Shown one piece after another: positions 18,305 to 26,772 of a stretch of 64,000 nucleotides of DNA (the first letter of the stretch is position 1; the number at the start of each line of letters is the position of its first letter). The position numbers and the translations under genes are program-made. Under the pieces are notes generated by a model. The model had not been told where the DNA came from. It saw only the letters and a list, made by a program, of their open reading frames with translations, and made no database searches. Location of the stretch: assembly GCA_030616605.1 (NCBI GenBank), contig JAUWWY010000003.1:6707-70706 (forward strand), given 5' to 3'. This DNA is from a bacterium. GTDB taxonomy: Bacteria > Patescibacteriota > Minisyncoccia > Minisyncoccales > CG1-02-41-26.

Positions 18305-19010
18305 GTTTTAATAAACAATTAATTAAAGAAATATTTTTTTTAAAATCCATCCTTTTTGGACCGAGAATTGCAAATGTTGGTTTGTTTTTTGCTCTTGAAC
18401 TGTGACCAATAATAATACTAAATTCTTTTCTCTTAAAAGGAGATTCTTTACCAATATAAATTTTAATTTCTTTGTCTTGGTTAACAAAATCAAGTTTATC
18501 AATATTCTCCTCCAAAGCATTAACTAGTTCTGTAAATTTTCTCAAGTAATCAAGATTATGAAATTCTGGGACCTGTAAAATTTCTTCCCAACCTTCTTTC
18601 CAAAAAATACCAAAATCTTGAACAAAAACTACACCTAAATTAGAAGAAAAACAAGCCAAATTTTTCGCAACCTCCTGAGAAAAACGTAAAACGTCACTTA
18701 TTTGTTTGGAAATTAGTTCAAAGTCTTCAAAGATATTTTTCTCAGTTAATTCAAAATTTTCTTTTTCAAATAAATTATCCACAAAAAACCTATAACCCTT
18801 GTCAGTCGGCACTCTTCCTCCAGAAATATAACCCTTTTCCAAAAAGCCTGTTTGGGTTAATTCAGCAAAATCTAATCTGATGGTCGCCGGCGAAATTTCC
18901 AAACCACATTCTTGCTTTAAAAAACCAGAGCTTATAGGAATTGCTGTTTTAATGTATTCTTGGACCAGTTTTTCTAATATTTCTTTTTGTCTCTCAGTAA
19001 TATCTAACAT
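18297..19010 (-). CDS. hrcA: Heat-inducible repressor HrcA, short form of 237 aa
   Basis: N-terminal wHTH (ERQKEILEKLVQEYI...PISS). Operon context and an upstream CIRCE-like element support the call. Confidence 0.8.
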   Translation of the reverse strand: MLDITERQKEILEKLVQEYIKTAIPISSGFLKQECGLEISPATIRLDFAELTQTGFLEKGYISGGRVPTDKGYRFFVDNLFEKENFELTEKNIFEDFELISKQISDVLRFSQEVAKNLACFSSNLGVVFVQDFGIFWKEGWEEILQVPEFHNLDYLRKFTELVNALEENIDKLDFVNQDKEIKIYIGKESPFKRKEFSIIIGHSSRAKNKPTFAILGPKRMDFKKNISLINCLLKHG

Positions 19011-19107
19011 AAACTTTATTATAAGAACCTGCCTTCGGCAGAACCTTCTAATTACTTCGTTCGGTCGAAAATTGAAAGTAAACTTTCAATTTTCTCCCTC
19101 ACTTGTA

Positions 19108-19135
19108 ATTATACTCAGCTAAAATTAGCAGTCAA
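19108..19135 (-). promoter_or_regulatory. hrcA operon promoter TTGACT-16-TATAAT
   Basis: The minus strand reads TTGACTGCTAATTTTAGCTGAGTATAAT. The -35 overlaps the CIRCE element. Confidence 0.65.
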
Positions 19136-19151
19136 CCCCTTTAACTGCTAA
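19125..19151. promoter_or_regulatory. CIRCE-like operator TTAGCAGTC-N9-AACTGCTAA
   Basis: An 8-bp perfect inverted repeat, TTAGCAGT/ACTGCTAA, with a 9-11 nt spacer. The consensus is TTAGCACTC-N9-GAGTGCTAA. Confidence 0.75.
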
Positions 19152-19197
19152 TTATCTAATTTCCTTGACAAAATAATTTATGCTAAAATAAAAAAAC

Positions 19198-20109
19198 ATG
19201 CAGATTATTAAAGCAAAAGATTTAACTTGGGTTGAAATAAAAAATCCAAAAGATAAGGACCTTAAATGGTTAAAGGAAAAGTTTAATCTCCATCCCTTGG
19301 TCTTAAAAGAACTTCTTCCTCCTTTGGATTATCCAAAAATTGAAAATTTCGGCGACTATCTTTTTATTGTTCTTTTTTATCCATTTTTTGATAAAAAAAC
19401 ATCTCAAACTATTCCTTTTGAATTAGATATTATTGTTTCAAAAAATTACATCATCACTTCTCATTATATGGATATCGTTCCCTTAAAGGCAATTTTTGAT
19501 AAATGCAATCTCTATGAAGATATTAGAAAAGAATATACAGACGAAGGCCCAGCTGAACTTTTATATCGAATTATAAATGGAATACTTTTAGCTTCTTTTC
19601 CAAAACTAAGCCACATAAAACAAAATATTGACAACATTGAAAAACAAATATTTCAGAAGGAATATAAAGAAACTATCTCCCAAACATCCCTTATTAAAAG
19701 AGATATTATAGGATTTCAAAGAATAATTGAGCCCCAAAAATTGGTTTTGACAAACTTAATAAAAGAAGTTCAACCTCTTTTTAATAAAAAATTTATCCCC
19801 TATTTCCACAACTTAATAAGTCTCTATAACCAAGTAGAAAGCATTTTAACTACACGTCATAAAACCCTTGATGCCTTAGAGTCCACCAATCAATCACTTT
19901 TAACTACAAAAACTAATGAGATAATAAAACTTTTAACTATTTTTTCAGTTATTGTTTTTCCTTTAACATTACTGGCAGCGATTTTTGGTATGAACACTAC
20001 CTATCTTCCTTTTGTCGGCAAATCTGGAGATTTTTGGATAATTTTTGCAATAATGGCCGTTGGAACAATAGGCATGCTTAGTTTCTTTAAATTTAAAAAG
20101 TGGCTGTAA
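19198..20109 (+). CDS. corA: Magnesium/cobalt transporter CorA
   Basis: GMN motif (IFGMNTTYLP) and two C-terminal TM helices. Confidence 0.85.
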   Translation: MQIIKAKDLTWVEIKNPKDKDLKWLKEKFNLHPLVLKELLPPLDYPKIENFGDYLFIVLFYPFFDKKTSQTIPFELDIIVSKNYIITSHYMDIVPLKAIFDKCNLYEDIRKEYTDEGPAELLYRIINGILLASFPKLSHIKQNIDNIEKQIFQKEYKETISQTSLIKRDIIGFQRIIEPQKLVLTNLIKEVQPLFNKKFIPYFHNLISLYNQVESILTTRHKTLDALESTNQSLLTTKTNEIIKLLTIFSVIVFPLTLLAAIFGMNTTYLPFVGKSGDFWIIFAIMAVGTIGMLSFFKFKKWL

Positions 20110-20137
20110 AGAAAAATTTCCCTACCGGGACTCTCCT

Positions 20138-20926
20138 TTACTTGTAAAAAACTTTAGAAAACCTCAAGTCGATGTAATTGAGGTTTTTTCTTTCTTCTGG
20201 AAAAATTTCTTTTTCTAAAAGTAAGCTGAGCTTAGTTAAAGCTAAATTTATATCAGCAGATAGGTCAAAATAGATTTCCCAACCCTCAATTGTCTTGACA
20301 TCTAATCTTTCTCCACTACTGAAAGTAAATTTCTCTAAATCTATTTCTAAATCTTTTTCTAATTTGTTCTGAATATCTAAGAGTTGATTCATTTTCTCTC
20401 TGGCAATAATTTGCTCACCTTCTTGCTCTTCACCAGCCCCTCGGCTAAAAATTGTCATCAAATCTTCCGAGATCGGACCTCGGAAGATTATTCCCTCCCC
20501 AAAAATTACTCCCTCTCGGTCAATTAAAAAACAATTATCTTCTTTAAAACACCAAATATCAACCGCTTTTCTTGTTTTAACCTCTAAAATTAAGGTTTTG
20601 GGAAATTTTTTCTTAAGATTTACCTCTTTTATTTCCGGATAGTCTTTTAAAATTTTCTCCTCTATTTTTTTAGAAGATATTAAAAAGAAACTGTTATTTA
20701 ATTCTTTTTTTAAAACACTTTCTAATGACCCTCTTAAGACGAGATTTTCTTTTTCTGTTAAAATTTGGATTTCTTTTATCTTAAATATTTCAGTAAAAAA
20801 TAAAAAATAAAAAACAAAAAAAGCTAAGATAAAAATCAGGACAAAATTCCAAAAAATCCGCCTTTTCAAAATCGACTTTCTTTTTCTAAATCTACGACTT
20901 CTGATTTTTTTAAATTTCCTTCTCAT
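20138..20926 (-). CDS. ftsQ: Cell division protein FtsQ-like (POTRA)
   Basis: Basic N-terminus, a single TM helix, then a POTRA-like segment. It sits in a cell-wall gene cluster. Confidence 0.6.
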   Translation of the reverse strand: MRRKFKKIRSRRFRKRKSILKRRIFWNFVLIFILAFFVFYFLFFTEIFKIKEIQILTEKENLVLRGSLESVLKKELNNSFFLISSKKIEEKILKDYPEIKEVNLKKKFPKTLILEVKTRKAVDIWCFKEDNCFLIDREGVIFGEGIIFRGPISEDLMTIFSRGAGEEQEGEQIIAREKMNQLLDIQNKLEKDLEIDLEKFTFSSGERLDVKTIEGWEIYFDLSADINLALTKLSLLLEKEIFPEERKNLNYIDLRFSKVFYK

Positions 20927-20931
20927 AGATT

Positions 20932-21960
20932 TTAAAATCCTCTTTTCTTTTTCCTTAAATTCTCAAAAATAAAAGTCAGCCAATATTTAAAAGAAAGGGG
21001 TAAATCTTGAGTTTTGACATATGTTTTTTCATAACCGCCAAAACCTTTTTTAAACAAGCTCAAACCCCAAAAGGGATGTTTTTTTGATTCTATCTCAGCT
21101 ATTCCCCAAAAATTGTAAAGTTTGCAACCCCTGTTTTTGGCTTCTTTTATTGCTTCCCATTGTAAAAGATAAGAGGCTGGAATTTGAGGATATTTTTGAG
21201 ATGAGGCGCCCTGATGGTAAAAAGCAATTCCCTGCCAAAAAATAATAATAGCCGAAGCTAAACATTCTTCCCTGTATTTTGCCAAAAAAATTAAAATTTG
21301 CTTGTCGTCTGAAAAAGCTGATAATTCATTTTTTAAATAGTTGAGAGAAAAAGGAGCAAAGTGGTGACGGTTAACTGTTTTTTGATATAAATCATTGAAA
21401 ACTTCAATATCTTTTGGCTCTTGAGATTTTTCTATTTTTAACTCTTCATTTTTTAAACCTTGTCTTATTAAATAGCGAGTTGTTTTTCGCATCTCCATCA
21501 AAAGCTCTTCTTCGGGCTTTTGAAGATTCAATTCCCAGGTTATTTCTGGATGAGTATGGAAGGGAGCAGTTCTGAAACCTAAATCTTTAAATATCTTTTT
21601 ATTTTCTTCATTTCTCTGCCAAATCGGGGCTATTCTGATAAAACTACAATTTTCTTGTTTGGCAATTTTTTTCAGTTTCTTTACTAATTCTTCTAAGCTT
21701 TGAGCTTTTCGCTTTTCGTTTTGAGCTTTTATTACTGGTCCATGGGGCAAAAATAAAAATCTTCCTCTCCGGGCTTCAACCTTACTAACCTGAGCCAAAA
21801 CCTCTAAATTATCTCTATCAAAAACCCCTAATCTCCAAATCTTATCTCCCATCATCTTTTGAAACTCTCCCCAATTCCAACTCTCTAAAAAAGTTTTTTC
21901 TTCACATTCCAAAAGAAAATTTTCCCATATCTTTTTATTTTGGATTTCTTCAATTTCCAT
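20932..21960 (-). CDS. FemAB-family peptidoglycan interpeptide bridge peptidyltransferase
   Basis: 342 aa. The FLESWNWGEFQ start and overall pattern are typical of the FemAB family. Confidence 0.7.
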   Translation of the reverse strand: MEIEEIQNKKIWENFLLECEEKTFLESWNWGEFQKMMGDKIWRLGVFDRDNLEVLAQVSKVEARRGRFLFLPHGPVIKAQNEKRKAQSLEELVKKLKKIAKQENCSFIRIAPIWQRNEENKKIFKDLGFRTAPFHTHPEITWELNLQKPEEELLMEMRKTTRYLIRQGLKNEELKIEKSQEPKDIEVFNDLYQKTVNRHHFAPFSLNYLKNELSAFSDDKQILIFLAKYREECLASAIIIFWQGIAFYHQGASSQKYPQIPASYLLQWEAIKEAKNRGCKLYNFWGIAEIESKKHPFWGLSLFKKGFGGYEKTYVKTQDLPLSFKYWLTFIFENLRKKKRGF

Positions 21961-23335
21961 TTTTTTCTGATAACATTTTAATCAACTGTTTTGGTACTCG
22001 GCTTTCTAAAAGGATTATATCTCCAGGATTGGTTAAGCTTTTTATTTTCTTATAAATTTGTTTTGGCTTTTTAAAAAACAAAATGCTTTCTGAAGGCATG
22101 CCAGATTTTTGAGCACCTCGTTTTAATTCTTTAAATCTATCTCTAGTGGTGATTATAGCTAAGTCGCAAATTTCGCCAATCTTCTCCCCTATTCTCTGAT
22201 GGATTTCTTTTGATGCTTTTCCTAATTCAATAAGACAAGGCATAATAATAACTCTTTTAGCCGACTGGGTTTTTAAATAATCTAAATGGCTAATTACGCT
22301 CTTTGGATTAGCAGAATAAGTGCTATCAATTATATTTAAATTATTAATACCTTTTTTAATTTGGATTGGGCTTTTAATTTTTTTTGAAGCTTTAATTATC
22401 TCTTCTAAACTCACTCCCAACATCTCGGCTGTCGCAGCCGCCATTAAAATATTTTCAATATTCCAGGGTAATAAATTTTTAGCAATTGATTTAAACTTAT
22501 TATCATCTGAATAAATAATTTTTTTAGGAATTTTTGTCTTTTGAAAAAGTTCCTGGCAATATTTATTATTTCCATTAAAAATCGCTAAACCTTTCTGGGG
22601 CAAGTTCTCAATTAATTCGTATTTTGCTTTTATAATATTTTCTAAAGAACCAAAAGTTGAAAGATGTTGTTCATTTATCCCGGTTAAAATTCCTATCTTA
22701 GGTTTTATCATCTGACAAACTTCTCTTATTTTTCCTCTTTCATAAGCTCCAATTTCAACAATGAAAATCTCGTGTGCCGGAGTTAATTCATTTAAAATAG
22801 TTTGGGCAATACCGATTTCAGCATTAATATGTTTTTTTGTTTTTAAAACCTTAAATTTTTCTGATAAAATCTGAGTTAAAAATTCTTTAGTTGAAGTCTT
22901 GCCATAACTTCCGGTGATACCGATAACCAAAAGATTTTTAAGTTTTTCCTTTTTCTTTTGGGCTTTTTTTAAAATTCTTTTTCTCAAAAAAACAGCTGGG
23001 ATTTGAAAAATCAAAACCAAGAGAGAAAAAATTATTGGCGATAAAATAAACAGGACTAGAAGCCAAAGATAGAATTTTTCATCCTCAAGAGGGAAAAGAA
23101 AAAAAAGAATTAAAACTTCCAAAATTATACCGCTAAATAAAATAAATAGAATTTTTTTAGTAAATTTAGGAAATTTAATTCTCCAAAAACTAGAAATTTT
23201 TTTTCTTATTTTATGAGTTTCAAAGTGAGCTCGGAATCTGCCAAAATGATATTCTTTGAGTTGCCAAAGCCAGGTCCAAAAGAGCAAGCATTTAAATAAA
23301 ATTAAAAACCAAAGGATTGTGATAATTATTCTCAT
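21950..23335 (-). CDS. murF: Mur ligase (MurF-like) with an N-terminal multi-TM extension
   Basis: P-loop GITGSYGKTSTKE near aa 140. The first 125 aa or so are hydrophobic helices. Confidence 0.7.
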   Translation of the reverse strand: MRIIITILWFLILFKCLLFWTWLWQLKEYHFGRFRAHFETHKIRKKISSFWRIKFPKFTKKILFILFSGIILEVLILFFLFPLEDEKFYLWLLVLFILSPIIFSLLVLIFQIPAVFLRKRILKKAQKKKEKLKNLLVIGITGSYGKTSTKEFLTQILSEKFKVLKTKKHINAEIGIAQTILNELTPAHEIFIVEIGAYERGKIREVCQMIKPKIGILTGINEQHLSTFGSLENIIKAKYELIENLPQKGLAIFNGNNKYCQELFQKTKIPKKIIYSDDNKFKSIAKNLLPWNIENILMAAATAEMLGVSLEEIIKASKKIKSPIQIKKGINNLNIIDSTYSANPKSVISHLDYLKTQSAKRVIIMPCLIELGKASKEIHQRIGEKIGEICDLAIITTRDRFKELKRGAQKSGMPSESILFFKKPKQIYKKIKSLTNPGDIILLESRVPKQLIKMLSEKNGN

Positions 23336-24036
23336 TTTAGAAACTTTTTTATTTCTTCAACTAAAAGTGTCGGATTTTCTCTTCGGATAGAATGGCCAAT
23401 TCCTTTAAAAACTTCAAGTTTTGAGTTTTTGATTTCTTGATGCATTAGATAGGCATCTTTCACAGGAGTCATTTTATCTTCCTTGCCCCATAAAATTAAA
23501 GTTGGTACTTTTATTTGAGATAAATAAGGGGTTAAATCTTCGTCAACAATATTTTTGAAAATGTCTTTCATTATGCCCACGGCTTTTAAATAATCGGTTT
23601 TTCTTAATATTTTCACATAAAATATTTTTTGACAAAGAGGATAAAATTTTCTGATAACAGGCAAATGGAAAATAATTTTTCCGATTTTAGCAATCAGTAA
23701 AACTACAGGGTTCCTTTTCGGTTTTATGCCGGCTGAAGAACATAATATAAGACCTTTTAATTTTTCATAATACTTAACAGCAAATTTTATGGCTATTCTC
23801 CCACCAAATGAATGTCCAAACAAAAAAAACTGCGAAACATTTTGTTTTTCGCAAAAATTTCTAAGCCACTCAACATAATTATCAACAAACCATTCTTCTT
23901 TTGGTGGAAGAGTATTTCCAAATCCTGGCAGATCTGGAACTAAGACCCTGTATCCCTCGCCCTCTAAAGATTTCTTCACCTCAAGCCAGTTTTCTGAGCA
24001 AGATCCCCAGCCGTGAAGAATTATAATTATATTCAT
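23332..24036 (-). CDS. Alpha/beta hydrolase
   Basis: HGWG oxyanion motif and nucleophile elbow GHSFGG. Confidence 0.75.
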   Translation of the reverse strand: MNIIIILHGWGSCSENWLEVKKSLEGEGYRVLVPDLPGFGNTLPPKEEWFVDNYVEWLRNFCEKQNVSQFFLFGHSFGGRIAIKFAVKYYEKLKGLILCSSAGIKPKRNPVVLLIAKIGKIIFHLPVIRKFYPLCQKIFYVKILRKTDYLKAVGIMKDIFKNIVDEDLTPYLSQIKVPTLILWGKEDKMTPVKDAYLMHQEIKNSKLEVFKGIGHSIRRENPTLLVEEIKKFLK

Positions 24037-25268
24037 TTTCTTGGGATAATTTTAAAGCCAACATATTTTTGCAAAACTTTGGGAATATTAATTTTTCCGT
24101 CTTTTCTTTGGTAATTTTCCAATATAGCAATTATTGTTCTGCCAATAGCAAAAGCAGTACCGTTTAATGTATGGACAAACCCTAATTTTTGAGTTTTAGA
24201 ATTTCGGTAGCGAATGTTCAACCGTCTTGCCTGAAAATCTGTACAATTAGAAGTTGAGAAAATCTCCCTGTATTTTTTTTGACCTGGCAGCCAGGCTTCA
24301 ATATCATACGTTGCTGCAGCCGGCCTTGCCAAATCACCGGTGCATATTTGAACTATTTGATAAGGAATTTTCAAGTAGTTCATCAATTCTTCTTCTAATG
24401 ATAAAAGAAATTTATGCTCTTTCTCTGAATCTTCTGGTTTACAAAAACTGAACATCTCAACCTTATCAAACTGATGAACCCTGAAAATTCCTCTGGTATC
24501 CTTACCATAAGAACCAGCCTCTCTTCGGAAACAAGAGGAAAAAGCAAGATATCTTTTTGGTAAATCTTTTTCATCTAAAATCTCTTCTGAATGCATTGTT
24601 CCTATTGATTGCTCGGCAGTGCCAATTAAATATAAATTATCCTTGGGAAGAAAATATGCTTCATTGTCATCAGTTTGCTCTAAATATCCCATTCTCAATG
24701 CCATTTCTGGTTTTATCATTACTGGAGGAACAAGGGGAACAAATCCTTTTTTAATTAGTTTATCAAAAGCAAAATTTATTAAAGCAAATTCAAGTAAAGC
24801 CGCCTCTTTTTTTAAATAACCAAATCTTGTGCCGGCGACTTTGGCTGCTCTTTTAACATCAATCAAGTCTAATGATTCGCCTAATTCCAAGTGGTCGCGA
24901 ATTCTAAAATCAAATTTGGGAAGTTTGCCTCCTTTTTTAGCCACTAGATTCTCTGTTTCATCTTTGCCTACGGGAACATCATCTAATGGTAAATTTGGAA
25001 TCTGAATCATTAAATCATTAAATTCTTTTTCTATTTCAGAAAGCTCATCTGACAGTTTTTTGAATTTTTCCTTTAGTTCTCTTGCTTTTTCTATTTCTTC
25101 CCTGCTTATTTTTTTCTGTTCAGCTCTTAATAATTCTGTTTGCTGGATTAATTCTCTTTTTTGCTTATCCAAATCCAAAAGCTTATCAATATCAACATCA
25201 ACTTGTTTTTTCTGACAACCTTGTTTAATTTTTTGCGGATTATTTCTAATAAAATTTATGTCTAACAT
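24033..25268 (-). CDS. serS: Seryl-tRNA synthetase
   Basis: N-terminal coiled-coil arm plus a class II core (FRREAGS, TLNGTA). Confidence 0.9.
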   Translation of the reverse strand: MLDINFIRNNPQKIKQGCQKKQVDVDIDKLLDLDKQKRELIQQTELLRAEQKKISREEIEKARELKEKFKKLSDELSEIEKEFNDLMIQIPNLPLDDVPVGKDETENLVAKKGGKLPKFDFRIRDHLELGESLDLIDVKRAAKVAGTRFGYLKKEAALLEFALINFAFDKLIKKGFVPLVPPVMIKPEMALRMGYLEQTDDNEAYFLPKDNLYLIGTAEQSIGTMHSEEILDEKDLPKRYLAFSSCFRREAGSYGKDTRGIFRVHQFDKVEMFSFCKPEDSEKEHKFLLSLEEELMNYLKIPYQIVQICTGDLARPAAATYDIEAWLPGQKKYREIFSTSNCTDFQARRLNIRYRNSKTQKLGFVHTLNGTAFAIGRTIIAILENYQRKDGKINIPKVLQKYVGFKIIPRK

Positions 25269-25271
25269 AAT

Positions 25272-26735
25272 TTACTTTGGTCTCATTGTTGGAAACAATA
25301 TAACTTCTCTCAAACTATGAGAGCCAGTAAGCAAGGCAATCAATCTATCAATTCCCATACCAAAACCAGCCGCTGGCGGCATACCATATTCTAAAGCCTC
25401 TAAAAAGTCCCTGTCAATTCTTTGGGCTTCCTTAAGTCCTTTTTTAAACAATTTTTCCTGTTCTTCAAATCTTTTTCTTTGCTCTAAAGGATTATTGAGT
25501 TCTGAAAAAGCATTTACCAATTCTACTCCTCCGGCTACCAATTGAAAATTAGCTAATTTTAAAGGATTTTTTTCAAAAGCCTTAGCTAAGGGCTGAAATC
25601 CCAAAGGATAATGAATAATAAAACTGGGCTGCCAAATTTTTGGTCGGCAGAATTTTTTGTAAATTTCATCAGCAATTTCTGCTTTTGGCGTTTCCTTTTC
25701 CAGTTCAAGCCCTAACTCTTTTGCTTTTTTTAGTAATCCATCTCTTGAAATCTCATCATAGTCTACATTTGTATATTTTCTTAAAAGCTGGAAAAGTTCT
25801 ATTCTCGGCCAAGGTGTTTTAAAGTTTATTTTCTTTTTATCAAATTCTATCTCAAGTTTGCCAAAATTCTTTTTTACAATATGCCTTAACAAATTTTCTG
25901 TTAATTTCATCAGCTCTTTATAATCAGCAAAAGCCCAATAAAATTCCAACATTGTGAAATCAGGATTGTGAAGTTTATCTATTCCTTCATTGCGAAAACA
26001 TTTTCCAATCTCATAAACTTTTTCAAAGCCGCCAACTAAAAGCCGTTTCAAATAAAGCTCCGGAGAAATTCTTAAATACAAATCTAAATCTAAGGCATTA
26101 AGGTGGGTTTTGAAAGGTCGAGCCCGAGCTCCACCGTAAATTGATTGCAAAATCGGGGTTTCAACTTCCAAAAATTCCTGTTTTTCTAAAAATTCCCGAA
26201 TTGATTTTACAATTTTTGAACGCAGTTCAAATTTTTTCTTAACTTCTTCATTAAAAATCAAATCCAAATATCTTTTTCTATACCTTTCCTCAATGTCTTT
26301 CAAGCCATGCCATTTATCCGGCAAAGGCGCTAAAGATTTAGTTAAAATTTTAAAATCAGAAATTTCTAAAGTTTTCTCTCTGGCTTTTGTTTTCATCAAA
26401 ATACCTTTAGTTTCAATGAAATCGCCAATATCAAAAACGTCTTTAAAAAACTTAAATCCTTTTTCTCCTAATTTATCTTTTTTAAAAAGAGTTTGAATTC
26501 TTCCAGTTCCATCTTTCAAATCCAAAAAGACAACCCCGCCATGCTCTCTCCAACCAATAATTCTTCCTGCTAAGACTATCTCTTTTTTTTGAGAACTCAG
26601 TTTAGAAAAATTCTTCAGAGCTTCTGAAATTTTATGAGTCCTTTTTGTCGTCTGAGGAAAAGGATTAAAACCTCGAGAGGAAATCTTTTTTAATTTTTTT
26701 ATTCGATTTTTCTTTATTTCTTCTAAATTAGCCAT
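25272..26735 (-). CDS. lysS: Lysyl-tRNA synthetase, class II
   Basis: OB-fold anticodon domain plus class II motifs (FRNEG, GMGIDRL). Confidence 0.9.
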   Translation of the reverse strand: MANLEEIKKNRIKKLKKISSRGFNPFPQTTKRTHKISEALKNFSKLSSQKKEIVLAGRIIGWREHGGVVFLDLKDGTGRIQTLFKKDKLGEKGFKFFKDVFDIGDFIETKGILMKTKAREKTLEISDFKILTKSLAPLPDKWHGLKDIEERYRKRYLDLIFNEEVKKKFELRSKIVKSIREFLEKQEFLEVETPILQSIYGGARARPFKTHLNALDLDLYLRISPELYLKRLLVGGFEKVYEIGKCFRNEGIDKLHNPDFTMLEFYWAFADYKELMKLTENLLRHIVKKNFGKLEIEFDKKKINFKTPWPRIELFQLLRKYTNVDYDEISRDGLLKKAKELGLELEKETPKAEIADEIYKKFCRPKIWQPSFIIHYPLGFQPLAKAFEKNPLKLANFQLVAGGVELVNAFSELNNPLEQRKRFEEQEKLFKKGLKEAQRIDRDFLEALEYGMPPAAGFGMGIDRLIALLTGSHSLREVILFPTMRPK

Positions 26736-26772
26736 ATATATTCATTTTAACTTCAAAATAAATTTTTTCAAT

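Noticed and set aside
21950-24036. Possible UGA recoding, as seen in some CPR lineages
   Set aside because: murF, the hydrolase gene, serS, gap, purE, purB and the WG genes all end at TGA at family-appropriate lengths. Conserved proteins also contain no in-frame TGA. The standard code 11 fits.
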